Below, piece after piece: positions 10,785 to 20,621 of a stretch of 64,000 bases of DNA. The translations under genes were made by a program, and so were the position numbers. This DNA comes from Candidatus Nomurabacteria bacterium. Lineage in GTDB: Bacteria; Patescibacteriota; Minisyncoccia; Phycocordibacterales; UBA9973. The first letter of the stretch is position 1. Every line of letters starts with the position of its first letter. The DNA lies in NCBI GenBank assembly GCA_020631955.1, contig JACKGL010000004.1, forward strand, positions 25,811-89,810, in the 5' to 3' direction. Below the pieces are notes generated by a model, which was not told the DNA's origin, did no database searches, and was given only the letters and a program-made list of their open reading frames with translations.

Positions 10785-13700
10785 TTATTCCTCTTTGTTT
10801 TCTTTATATCCTGATCCTGCTGGTATAAGTCTACCAATGATCACGTTTTCTTTTAGACCTCTAAGATCGTCTACACCTCCTCTTATAGCGTTGGTGATAA
10901 GCACTCTGTTTGTGTTTTGGAATGAAGCAGCTGACAACCAACTCTTTGTAGTAATAGACACTTCAGATACTCCTAGTACAAGTGTATCTGCTTTTGCTGG
11001 TGTACCACCGTCTTTCGTAGTTTTATCATTTTCATTTAGGAATTCTACTGTTTCCACTATCTCTCCTGGTGAGAAGTCTGTATCACCTGAATCTGTGATC
11101 TTTCTTCTAGAGAACATCTGCTTCACTATTATTTCTACGTGCTTCCTAGAAATAGAAGCTCCTTGCAACTCATACACTTTGTTTATTTCGTGCATGATAT
11201 AATCTTCTGCTTTTTCTTGTCCACCATGAGCAAGCACTTCTTTTATGTCTGCTGATCCATCTGTCATAAGATCACCTTTTTGTACTTTGTCTCCCTTCTT
11301 TACAACAGAAAGTCTGTGAGGGGCCAAAGTGTAAACTATCTCATTTTCTTTACCATCAGCTTTTGAGTCAGCTAGTACTACTATTTCTTTATCTTTTCCA
11401 TTTTGTCTGATCTCGATCACTTCTCCGTCAACAGTAGCTACTGTAGCAGAGTTCTTTGGTATTCTTCTTTCAAATATTTCTTCTACACGAGGAAGACCTT
11501 GAGTAATGTCGACTCCAGCAACACCTCCGGCGTGGAAGGTACGAAGTGTAAGCTGTGTACCAGGTTCACCGATAGCTTGAGCAGCTATGATCCCTACAGC
11601 CTCTCCTTTTTCTACTAGTTTGTTTCTACCTAGATCTAACCCATAACACTTACGACAGATTCCATATCTAGTATCACAAGTAAGTGGTGTACGAACAGAA
11701 ACTTCTTTTATCCCTAGATCGTCTAGTTGGTCAGCGTCTTCTTTAGACAAAAGATGACCCTTCTTGAATACTACATTTCCATTTGCATCAGCAACGTCTT
11801 TTTGAAGTATTCTTCCTCTAGCGTGTTTTGATAAAGGTATGATAACACCAGAAACATTTTCTTCGTGCATCAATTTTTCTTGCTTTGTACCACAATCATC
11901 TTCTGTGATAACTACGTCTTGAGCTACATCCACAAGTCTTCTTGTAAGATAACCAGCCTTCGCAGTATTAAGAGCGGTGTCGGCAAGACCTTTTCTCGAA
12001 CCGTGAGTAGTAATAAAGTATTGTGTTGGCGATAGACCTTCTTTATATGAAGGTATAACTGGAAAGTCGATGATTCTACCTGTAGTGTTTTGAATAAGGC
12101 CTTTCATACCTGCCATCTGTAGTAGGTTTGAATAAGAACCTCTAGCTCCTGGGTGTACTAGGTCGTACACAGGACTTCTTTTATCTACTTGGTCTTTTAG
12201 AAGTTTTTCTATTTGACCCTTAGCACCGTCCCATATTTCAAGAACTTTTTGATATCTTTCTTCCTCAGACAAAAGTCCGTCCATGAATTGTTCTGTTACT
12301 ATTTTTTCTTTATTTCTACATTCTTCTACTATCTGAGCTTTACCTTCTGGAACAATAACATTATCTATTCCCCAAGTAGTACCTGAGATAGTTGCGTATT
12401 TGAAACCAAAGTTCTTTATTTTATCAAGTATCTTTGGTGTCTTTTCTACGCCGTATCTTAAGATACATTCATCTACTATCTTAGACATTTTCTTAGATGT
12501 AATTTCTTCATTTAGGTAAGGAAAATCTTCTGGGAGTATTACGTTAAACAGAAGTCTACCTACTGTTGTTTCAAACATTTTACCTCCAAAAGAAGCATAT
12601 TTTTCTTTCTCAGATGGAAGAACTTTTATTTTTGCTCTTAGGTCTACCTCTTCATAGTCATAAGCAAGTATAGCGTCGTTAGGACTTGAGAAATATTTTC
12701 CTTCTCCTTTCTCTCCTTCTAATTCTTTTGTCATCCAAAATGATCCAAGCACCATGTCCATACGAGGTGTAGCTATAGGGTCACCGTTAGCTGGCTTAAG
12801 AAGGTTCTTAGTTGCAGCCATAAGATTTGCAGCTTCACTTTGAGCTTCTACTGAAAGTGGTACATATACAGCCATCTGGTCTCCGTCGAAGTCAGCGTTG
12901 TAAGCCTGACATACTAGAGGGTGCAGTTGTATAGCATTACCTTCGATAAGTGTCGGCTGGAAAGCTTGAATACCTAGACGGTGAAGTGTAGGAGCACGGT
13001 TTAGAAGCACGTACTTACCTTGAATAACTTCTTCTAGTATCGCCCAAACTTCTGGCATTTGGTCATCTATCAGCCTGTTTGCACCACGAATATTGAAAGC
13101 AAACTCTTGTTCGATTATCTTTGATATAACAAACGGACGGAAGAGTTCTAGTGCCATATGTTTTGGAAGTCCACATTGTGAAAGAGCAAGTTGAGGACCA
13201 ACAACAATAACAGATCTACCTGAGTAGTCTACACGCTTACCAAGAAGGTTTTGACGGAAGAGTCCTTGTTTACTCTTTAGGTTGTCTGAAAGAGATTTAA
13301 GAGCTCTTTTTTGAGACTTGCTCATAGCTTGAGAATCGTTTTGTGCACTCATTGAGTTGTCTAGAAGTGCGTCTACAGCTTCTTGAAGAATTCTTTTTTC
13401 GTTTCTTAGGATCACGTCTGGAGCACCTATTTCCATAAGTTTCTTTAGACGATTGTTTCTGTTTATCACTCTTCTGTAAAGATCGTTTATATCTGAAGAA
13501 GCATGCCTTCCACCATCAATAGCCACCATAGGTCTTAGGGCTGGTGGTATAACAGGAAGCACAGTAAGGAACATCCATTCTGGTCTTATTCCTGACTTTT
13601 GCATAGACTTCACTAGAGATAGTCTTCTTTCTAGTTTTGTCTTTTCAGCTTTACCTCCTTTTTCTATTCTTTCTTCTATTTCTCCACGTAGTTTGTCTAG

Positions 13701-14378
13701 ATCTAGTTCTTTGAAGATGTTGTATATAGCTTCAGCTCCTATAGAAGCCTCAAAGCATGTACCATATCTTACAGAATAATGGTGAAATGTTATTTCGTTC
13801 ATCACTAGACCTGGAACTATTTCGTTTATTTCTTTTTTAGCAGTAGTAAATAGCTCTTTTAGTTTTTCTAGTTCTTTTGGATCTGTTACAGCTTTTGCTT
13901 TAGTCTTGTATTCGTTTTCAAGATTTTTTAGTATCTCTTTCTTTTCACTTTCGTGAACTTTTGTAACTATGTATCCAGCAAAGTATATAACTTTTTCTAT
14001 ATCACCTTGAGTGATACCCATAAGTAATGACATTCTAGATGGCACACTTTTTAGGAACCATATATGAGCCACAGGGCTTGCGAGTTCTATGTGTCCCATT
14101 CTTTCACGACGAACAATAGATTTAGTCACTTCAACTCCACATTTTTCACAGACAATACCAGCATATCTTATACGCTTATATTTTCCACAATAACATTCAT
14201 AGTCCTTTTCTGGACCAAATATTCTTTCGTCAAACAAACCGAATCTTTCACTTCTACCTGTACGGTAGTTGATAGTTTCAGGCTTTGTCACTTCACCATA
14301 AGACCAGTGTACTATATCTTCAGGAGACGCTAGTTTGAGGTGTATTTGATTGAAATCTTTTTGAGCAAATGTTTTCAT
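10785..14378 (-). CDS. rpoC: DNA-directed RNA polymerase beta' subunit
   Basis: NADFDGDQMAVYVPLS catalytic motif, Zn-binding CxxC, full length 1197 aa. Confidence 0.95.
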   Translation of the reverse strand: MKTFAQKDFNQIHLKLASPEDIVHWSYGEVTKPETINYRTGRSERFGLFDERIFGPEKDYECYCGKYKRIRYAGIVCEKCGVEVTKSIVRRERMGHIELASPVAHIWFLKSVPSRMSLLMGITQGDIEKVIYFAGYIVTKVHESEKKEILKNLENEYKTKAKAVTDPKELEKLKELFTTAKKEINEIVPGLVMNEITFHHYSVRYGTCFEASIGAEAIYNIFKELDLDKLRGEIEERIEKGGKAEKTKLERRLSLVKSMQKSGIRPEWMFLTVLPVIPPALRPMVAIDGGRHASSDINDLYRRVINRNNRLKKLMEIGAPDVILRNEKRILQEAVDALLDNSMSAQNDSQAMSKSQKRALKSLSDNLKSKQGLFRQNLLGKRVDYSGRSVIVVGPQLALSQCGLPKHMALELFRPFVISKIIEQEFAFNIRGANRLIDDQMPEVWAILEEVIQGKYVLLNRAPTLHRLGIQAFQPTLIEGNAIQLHPLVCQAYNADFDGDQMAVYVPLSVEAQSEAANLMAATKNLLKPANGDPIATPRMDMVLGSFWMTKELEGEKGEGKYFSSPNDAILAYDYEEVDLRAKIKVLPSEKEKYASFGGKMFETTVGRLLFNVILPEDFPYLNEEITSKKMSKIVDECILRYGVEKTPKILDKIKNFGFKYATISGTTWGIDNVIVPEGKAQIVEECRNKEKIVTEQFMDGLLSEEERYQKVLEIWDGAKGQIEKLLKDQVDKRSPVYDLVHPGARGSYSNLLQMAGMKGLIQNTTGRIIDFPVIPSYKEGLSPTQYFITTHGSRKGLADTALNTAKAGYLTRRLVDVAQDVVITEDDCGTKQEKLMHEENVSGVIIPLSKHARGRILQKDVADANGNVVFKKGHLLSKEDADQLDDLGIKEVSVRTPLTCDTRYGICRKCYGLDLGRNKLVEKGEAVGIIAAQAIGEPGTQLTLRTFHAGGVAGVDITQGLPRVEEIFERRIPKNSATVATVDGEVIEIRQNGKDKEIVVLADSKADGKENEIVYTLAPHRLSVVKKGDKVQKGDLMTDGSADIKEVLAHGGQEKAEDYIMHEINKVYELQGASISRKHVEIIVKQMFSRRKITDSGDTDFSPGEIVETVEFLNENDKTTKDGGTPAKADTLVLGVSEVSITTKSWLSAASFQNTNRVLITNAIRGGVDDLRGLKENVIIGRLIPAGSGYKENKEE

Positions 14379-14397
14379 AATCTTTATATTTTTATTA

Positions 14398-17300
14398 TTA
14401 TTCTTCTATAGTTTCTTCTACAACAGTAGCTTCGCTTTCGACCTCATCACTATCTACAACTTTCCCATCATTTATAAGTTGAACATCAAGAGCCAAACCT
14501 CTTAGGTAGTTGAGCATCACAGAAAATGATGCTGGTGTGTTGGTTTGGGTAATGTTGTCACCTTTTATAATAGAATCAAATGTTGCTACTCTACCTACTA
14601 TGTCGTCAGACTTTATAGTAAGCATTTCTCTAAGAGCATATGCTGCTCCATATCCTTCAAGTGCCCAGACTTCCATCTCTCCGAATCTTTGTCCTCCACC
14701 TTGAGCTTTACCTCCTAAAGGTTGTTGTGTAATCAAAGAGTATGGACCGATGCTTCTCATGTGTATCTTGTCTTCCACCATGTGGTGAAGCTTGAGTATG
14801 TACATGATACCTACAGCTACATCTCTTCTAAATTTCTCTCCTGTTCTACCGTCATATAAAGTAAACAATCCGTCTTCTCTATAACCAGCTTCTTTCAATT
14901 CATCTTTTATTTCTTCTACAGTAGCTCCTGCAAACGGAGGCACTACGGCTTGATACCCCAAAGTACCTGCAGCAAGACCTAAGTGAAGCTCTAGTATCTG
15001 TCCTAGGTTCATACGAGAAGGAACACCTAGTGGAGTAAGTATCACATCCACAGGAGTACCGTCTGCCATGTATGGCATGTCTTCTTCTGGCAATATAGTA
15101 GAAATAACACCTTTGTTTCCGTGACGCCCTGCTAGCTTGTCTCCTACAGATATATTTCTTACTTGAGCTACCTCTACGATAACTTTCTTTATTATTCCAG
15201 ATTCTAGTTGATGTCCTTGTTCTCTAGAGAAAACTTTCACACCTATGACACGCCCTTTCTTACCATGAGGCATTCTCATAGAAGAATCTTTTACGTCTCT
15301 AGCTTTTTCAGCAAAGATAGATCTTAGAAGTCTTTCTTCTGGAGTAAGTTCTGTTTCTCCTTTTGGTGTTATCTTTCCTACCAAGATGTCGTTTTCTCTT
15401 ACTTCAGCTCCTACTCTTATGATACCGTCTTCATCTAGGTTTTTTAGTTTTATTTCACCTACGTTTGGTATGTCTCTAGTAGTCACTTCAGCTCCTAGTT
15501 TTGTATCTCTAACAAGACAGATAAATTCGTCTACATATATAGATGTAAACTTATTATTTTTTACTAGTCTTTCAGACAAGATGATAGCGTCTTCATAGTT
15601 GTTACCACTCCATGTCATAAATGCCACTGTACAGTTTTGACCAAGTGATATTTGTCCGTCTACTGAGCTAGATGCATCAGCAAGAAGATCTCCTTTCTTT
15701 ACTTTTTGTCCCACGCTTACTACTGGTCTTTGATGTAGTACGCTAAAGTTGTTTGTACGTGAGTAGTTGATAAGAGGATAACCATGTTCTTTACCTTTAC
15801 TGTCTTTTACTATTACTTGTCTAGCATCTGATTTTGTTACTGTTCCATCTTCTTTCGCTAGTATTAGTCTTCCTGAGAACTTTGCAGCTTGCGCTTCTAT
15901 ACCTGTAGACACATAAGGTGATTCAGGAAGTACACAAGGTACCGCTTGTTTTTGCATGTTAGATCCCATGAGTGCTCTGTTGGCGTCGTTGTGTTCTAGG
16001 AAAGGAATAAGTGCTGTACCTATAGATATAGGTTGGTGAGGTGCTACGTCGATAAAATCTAGTTCTTCTGGAGATACTAGTCCTGGTTTTGTTTTTACTC
16101 TTGCTTCTACTGAGTCAGTAAGGAATTTACCGCTTTTATCATATTTTGCACTAGCGTTGGCAATAGTATATTTCTCTTCTTCAAGAGCGTTTAGATATAC
16201 CACTTCATTTGTGATCTTTCCGTTTTTTACTCTCACGTATGGAGATTCGATCACACCGAATTCGTTGATCTTTGCATATATAGAAAGGTGAAGGATAAGT
16301 CCGATGTTTGGACCTTCTGGAGTGTGGATAGGACATACTCTTCCGTAGTGGCTAGTGTGAACGTCACGCACTTCAAGTCCTGCTCTTTCACGAGTAAGAC
16401 CTCCTGTACCCAAAGCAGATAGAGTACGAAGGTGCTCTATTTCTGATATTAGGTTTTCTTGGTTCATGAACTGTGAAAGTTGGTTTGTAGAATAAAACTC
16501 TTTTATCCTAGCTTGCAATGGACGTTGGTTTATTATTTGTACTGGGTTTGCAGAAGAAGCGTCTATAGTAGACATACGGTCTTGGATGTTTCTCTTTATT
16601 TGAGTCATACCAACACGCATCTTTTGTTGAAGCATTTCTCCTACATACTTTACTCTTCTAGATCCTAGGTGATCTATATCGTCTCCTTTTGCTCCTGGAG
16701 TAGTGGATAGTTTTATTATTTGTGAGAAGATTACATTTAGGTCTGTCTTTGTAACAGATCTCTCTTCTAGATCTGCTTCTTTTACTGAAAGGTCAAATCT
16801 CTTGTTGAATGTGTGTCTACCTACTGTAGATAGATCATATCTTTCCCTGCTAAAGATACTATCTATATATTCTTTTGCGTTTTCTGCTGTAGCTAGATCG
16901 CCGTCTCTTAGTCTCTTATATACTTCTACATAAGCTTCCTGTACTGTCTTTGCTGTGTCTTTTTCTATCATTTCCTTCATTACACGTGTTTCGTCTTCAG
17001 TTTTACACATGCCAAGCATGTCTTTTTCTGTAAGACCGAAAACACGAAGAAGTGAGATAAAAGAAAACTTTCTCTTCTTATCTACTCTTACATACAAAAG
17101 TCCGTCTGTTTCCATTTCTACTTCTATCCAGACTCCTCTTGCTGGTACTATCTTTGCACCAAAATGTCTTTTTCCTTTTAGCTCTTTATCAGTAAAGAAG
17201 ATACCGTAACTTCTAGCGAGTTGAGGTACTAGCACTCTTTCTACTCCGTTTATGATGAAAGTACCATGATTGGTCATCACTGGGAAATCAGCCAAGAATA

Positions 17301-17628
17301 TTTCTTGTTCTTTCTTAGTACCGTTTGCTCTGTTTAGTAAAGATACAGTAGCTTTTAGTGTAGACTCATAGTTGAGTTTGTTTATTTTTGCGTATTCTTC
17401 AGAACACTTTGGTTCTGATACTACAAATGATTTGAATTCCAAATCATATTTTTTCTCCGAATAATCTTTGATCGGAGAGAACTCTTCGAAAAGTTCTTGT
17501 AGACCATGCTCTATAAGCCAGTTGAATGACTTGAGCTGATCTTCTATAAGATCTGGGAATTCGACAAATGGTTCCCTAAATTTCGAAAAAGTTTTTTTAG
17601 GTAGATTCTTTGATGGTATTAAATTCAT
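14398..17628 (-). CDS. rpoB: DNA-directed RNA polymerase beta subunit
   Basis: 1076 aa with conserved RpoB blocks (GEMEVWALEGYGAAY etc.). Confidence 0.95.
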   Translation of the reverse strand: MNLIPSKNLPKKTFSKFREPFVEFPDLIEDQLKSFNWLIEHGLQELFEEFSPIKDYSEKKYDLEFKSFVVSEPKCSEEYAKINKLNYESTLKATVSLLNRANGTKKEQEIFLADFPVMTNHGTFIINGVERVLVPQLARSYGIFFTDKELKGKRHFGAKIVPARGVWIEVEMETDGLLYVRVDKKRKFSFISLLRVFGLTEKDMLGMCKTEDETRVMKEMIEKDTAKTVQEAYVEVYKRLRDGDLATAENAKEYIDSIFSRERYDLSTVGRHTFNKRFDLSVKEADLEERSVTKTDLNVIFSQIIKLSTTPGAKGDDIDHLGSRRVKYVGEMLQQKMRVGMTQIKRNIQDRMSTIDASSANPVQIINQRPLQARIKEFYSTNQLSQFMNQENLISEIEHLRTLSALGTGGLTRERAGLEVRDVHTSHYGRVCPIHTPEGPNIGLILHLSIYAKINEFGVIESPYVRVKNGKITNEVVYLNALEEEKYTIANASAKYDKSGKFLTDSVEARVKTKPGLVSPEELDFIDVAPHQPISIGTALIPFLEHNDANRALMGSNMQKQAVPCVLPESPYVSTGIEAQAAKFSGRLILAKEDGTVTKSDARQVIVKDSKGKEHGYPLINYSRTNNFSVLHQRPVVSVGQKVKKGDLLADASSSVDGQISLGQNCTVAFMTWSGNNYEDAIILSERLVKNNKFTSIYVDEFICLVRDTKLGAEVTTRDIPNVGEIKLKNLDEDGIIRVGAEVRENDILVGKITPKGETELTPEERLLRSIFAEKARDVKDSSMRMPHGKKGRVIGVKVFSREQGHQLESGIIKKVIVEVAQVRNISVGDKLAGRHGNKGVISTILPEEDMPYMADGTPVDVILTPLGVPSRMNLGQILELHLGLAAGTLGYQAVVPPFAGATVEEIKDELKEAGYREDGLFTLYDGRTGEKFRRDVAVGIMYILKLHHMVEDKIHMRSIGPYSLITQQPLGGKAQGGGQRFGEMEVWALEGYGAAYALREMLTIKSDDIVGRVATFDSIIKGDNITQTNTPASFSVMLNYLRGLALDVQLINDGKVVDSDEVESEATVVEETIEE

Positions 17629-17957
17629 ACTTTTTTCTTATTAATAATAGACACCAAAATACCGTACTAAAACACAAAAATTCCGAACGTGTCGGATCTT
17701 GATAGTTTTAGTTTGTTTTGTTGCGGTATCGCAAGGTGCAGGGGTGAGATTAACCTTGTAATAGTAGACCGGTCCACAACTCAATCATCTTCAATCTGGG
17801 TTTCAGACTACACGAAATACCTTATTTTGTCAACACTTTTTACACTTTCCCTTTTTCTATATTTATATATCCCTTCACTTATTTCTTCCTCGGCTTTATT
17901 AAGTCCATTATCTGACCTACCACAGATCCAATAATAGCTGAAGATATAATGGGTATT

Positions 17958-18046
17958 GGCCAAAACATCCGAATGAACTCAGTATTGTTCGCAGTGTAAT
18001 GGAGCGGAATTGCGGACAACGTCGGGATTAAGAGAAGTTTTTGCGA
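17958..18046. repeat. dispersed intergenic repeat, copy A (core ggagcggaattgcggacaacgtcgggattaagagaagttt)
   Basis: Nearly identical to 18737..18823; shorter match at 19606..19660 and partial match at 4053..4070. Confidence 0.55.
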
Positions 18047-18197
18047 AGCAAAAATTTGAGATAGTGCCTAGCTGAGGCATTTACCGTTTAAGCCCTGTTA
18101 AGTAACCTGACGACCGAAGGGAGGAAATCGTAGCGGAGTGCGACTGAAAGGAGCGAGTTCAAAAAATATTTTTCCATAAATTTCATTTTGATAAATT

Positions 18198-18542
18198 TTA
18201 TTGTAGCTCAACTCCTTGATTTTCTATATTCCATAACAATTGATTATTACGAATCTCACCTCTATCTTTAACATGTATCGGGTATTTTATTTGAGATGAT
18301 AACATTTGTTGGATTCTATTTTTCATATCAGATATTTGACCTCTTGTCTTACCTGTAATTTCCAAATATACATCCAAATCTGAGTTTTCTGAATAACCAC
18401 CTGTTATCCTAGAACCATATAAAATACATTTTTTAATTGCGGGAAAACATCCCAAAGTTTTCTTTAGTGAGTCAATCTCACTTTCGCTAACTCCAACAAA
18501 TGTTTCACCATTTTTTTTTGTGATATCTGGTGTTTTTTCCAT
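18198..18542 (-). CDS. minimal nucleotidyltransferase (Pol-beta superfamily, MNT-like)
   Basis: LYGSRITGGYSENSDLDVYLEI = GS-x(9-13)-DxD nucleotidyltransferase signature. Start set at internal MEKTPD because the upstream part of the ORF overlaps the GC-rich repeat. Confidence 0.65.
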   Translation of the reverse strand: MEKTPDITKKNGETFVGVSESEIDSLKKTLGCFPAIKKCILYGSRITGGYSENSDLDVYLEITGKTRGQISDMKNRIQQMLSSQIKYPIHVKDRGEIRNNQLLWNIENQGVELQ

Positions 18543-18736
18543 AGGTAAGTTTAGAAAATAAAATTTATCAAAATTCCTTATTAAAAGAAAAATATTTTTT
18601 GAATTGCGTCTAATACTGAGCTCATGCGAAATCCTCGTAGCGTAGCGGAGAGGAGAGGATTTGGGTGGGAGCTGCATAGCGAGAGTTGTACGTTGTTTCG
18701 CTTCGCTATTTTATCATTATACTCTATTCTAGCGTC

Positions 18737-18823
18737 AGCCCAAATATTTGGATGAGCTCAGCATTGTTCGCAATGTAGTGGAGCGGAATTGCGGACAATG
18801 TCGGGATTAAGAGAAGTTTTGCC
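18737..18823. repeat. dispersed intergenic repeat, copy B
   Basis: ~90% identical to copy A over ~85 bp. Confidence 0.55.
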
Positions 18824-18938
18824 GACTTCCTTATTTCTATTATAGAGGAGGCGAAATTTAGGTGAAAGAAAAAGTGCTACCTTTGAAAAATATTAACGCA
18901 CTTTTTCTTGAACCTCATACACGCTGTTAGGCGATGTA

Positions 18939-19472
18939 TTATTCAAAATTTTTAATAAAAGTTATTTTTGTCCCTTGATTAAAATCAGAGTTTTCAACTT
19001 CATTAAGCTCATCTTGTCCTTTTACTTTGGTATATTTTTTCCCATTAGTTTCAATCATAAATTCATCAGCAAATTCTTTTGTTTGCGACAAACCATAACC
19101 TGGTGTGCCATATAAAATATCGTCGCTAGGATTGCCAGTCCAGTTTTTATAACTCGTAATAATAACGGTTATTTTACCTTCTTCAAAAATAACTTTTATT
19201 TCTCCACCTCTACCATGTTCTAAAGCATTTTTACCCAACTCAAAAATATAGTAGTCAAGGTTGTTGAATTTTTTATCGTTTGGGTCAATATTATTTTCCG
19301 CACATATTTGTTTCCACCACCTGTTCATCATACCAACTAATTTTTGAGTATCATATGTTCTTTCTGCCTGTTCAGCATCGGGGTGGCTTGACGATAAAAA
19401 ATTTACACTATACTCACGTGTAGGTTGCTCATTTGATTCTGATGTTGGGTAAAAATGCTTTTCGTTTTCCAT
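18939..19472 (-). CDS. GHKL/HATPase_c-like ATP-binding protein (anti-sigma-factor kinase-like)
   Basis: N-box ELGKNALEHG and G2-box GTPGYGLS; small size like RsbW/SpoIIAB. Confidence 0.4.
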   Translation of the reverse strand: MENEKHFYPTSESNEQPTREYSVNFLSSSHPDAEQAERTYDTQKLVGMMNRWWKQICAENNIDPNDKKFNNLDYYIFELGKNALEHGRGGEIKVIFEEGKITVIITSYKNWTGNPSDDILYGTPGYGLSQTKEFADEFMIETNGKKYTKVKGQDELNEVENSDFNQGTKITFIKNFE

Positions 19473-19494
19473 AAAAATTTTGAATAATATTTCG

Positions 19495-19612
19495 CCTAAT
19501 GTGCACGCTTATACAAAGTCTATCACAAAACGAAGTTTTTGGGAGAGATTTTGTATAAGCGTTGTTGTGTGTAGCTCCGCGGAGCACTACAACGCTGTGA
19601 GCGTGCACATTG
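19495..19612. repeat. long nested palindrome (gtgcacgc...gcgtgcac; cttatacaaa...tttgtataag; gctccgcggagc)
   Basis: Three nested inverted-repeat pairs read directly; the spurious ORFs on both strands here are mirror-like. Confidence 0.5.
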
Positions 19613-19660
19613 TGTGCAATGGAGCGGAGCGGAATTGCGGACAACGTTTCGGGCTAATCC
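19606..19660. repeat. dispersed intergenic repeat, copy C (core with agcgg duplication)
   Basis: caatggagcggagcggaattgcggacaacgtttcggg matches the core of copies A/B. Confidence 0.5.
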
Positions 19661-19819
19661 GAAGTTGCGGAGCGTAGCGGAGCAATTTGGAGAAATCCCG
19701 AGCCGAGCAATTTTCCTTTTATCCCTTGTTATACGAGGATGAGGAGCAATAGCGACGAAAGCGCAGCGTCCCCAAGGATTTTTGAAAGAAATCCGCAGCG
19801 TATGACGCAGGACGACACA

Positions 19820-20353
19820 CTAATATTTTTCTGAATTTTCCACGTGAATTAAAGCCATCGTGATTGCTTGCTTAGTATATTCTTTTCTGAGCAACCTACC
19901 ATGAGTAAGAATTCCTATAGCACCCTCTGCGGAGCCAACTTTTGGATTTTCTGTCAAACCAACCCTGTGAAATGCCTGATTAATATCTAATCCCTCATCA
20001 AAAACAAGTCTTGTAACGTCATAAGGGTATTCAAATGCAGAAGACAAGCCAACATGATAGTTTTGGCCGTCATAAATTGCACAAGCACACACATTCATAT
20101 AATCCGTTTTTGTATTTGGAACTTTCATTAATCCATCTTCAAGGCCAAAACTATAATCACAATTTTGGAAAGCATTTCTTGCTCTATTCATGGCTCCGCG
20201 AATAGTTTCATCAAGAGATTTAGGTTGCTCAGAAATTTCCGAGCTAACTTCTAAACCAGAAACCTCTGCGTTTGACAAAAAATTATAATCACGAATGGCT
20301 TCTCTAACAGCACCAACTTTTACATCATTTTGTGAACCAACTTTAATTCTCAT
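19820..20353 (-). CDS. YjjX-like non-canonical purine NTP phosphatase (ITPase/XTPase)
   Basis: C-terminal EGAIGILTHGRLLRKEYTKQAITMAL and N-terminal VGSQNDVKVGAV resemble the YjjX/Maf-Ham1 family. Confidence 0.65.
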   Translation of the reverse strand: MRIKVGSQNDVKVGAVREAIRDYNFLSNAEVSGLEVSSEISEQPKSLDETIRGAMNRARNAFQNCDYSFGLEDGLMKVPNTKTDYMNVCACAIYDGQNYHVGLSSAFEYPYDVTRLVFDEGLDINQAFHRVGLTENPKVGSAEGAIGILTHGRLLRKEYTKQAITMALIHVENSEKY

Positions 20354-20513
20354 AATATTATAGTGGAAAATTCATTTATTAATAAATGTGTCGCCCGAGT
20401 AATATGTCGTATAACTCGTTTTTATCGTAACTTTTCGACTAGTAAGCTACAAAAATTTATATGTTATCGTAACTTTTGATAAAATTCTTAGATAATATAC
20501 ATATTTATTTTAT

Positions 20514-20621
20514 CATGGATAAATTACTCAACCAAACAGAAAATTTACTTAAATTAAGAGGATGCAGTACTAAAACCAGAAAATCATATCTTCTCTATAT
20601 CAAGCAATACTACACTAAATC
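20514..20621 (+). pseudogene. remnant of tyrosine recombinase/integrase N-terminal (SAM-like) domain
   Basis: 35 codons MDKLLNQTENLLKLRGCSTKTRKSYLLYIKQYY fit the RGxS.nT..sY...i..F pattern of integrase core-binding domains; ORF ends abruptly. Confidence 0.3.

Noticed and set aside
18543-18677. 45-codon N-terminal extension of the MNT ORF
   Set aside because: It overlaps the gcgtagcggag-containing GC-rich repeat. The nucleotidyltransferase domain begins at MEKTPD.
19429-19677. ORFs 19429..19644 (-) and 19480..19677 (+)
   Set aside because: Both run through the nested palindrome and repeat core and are mirror artefacts.
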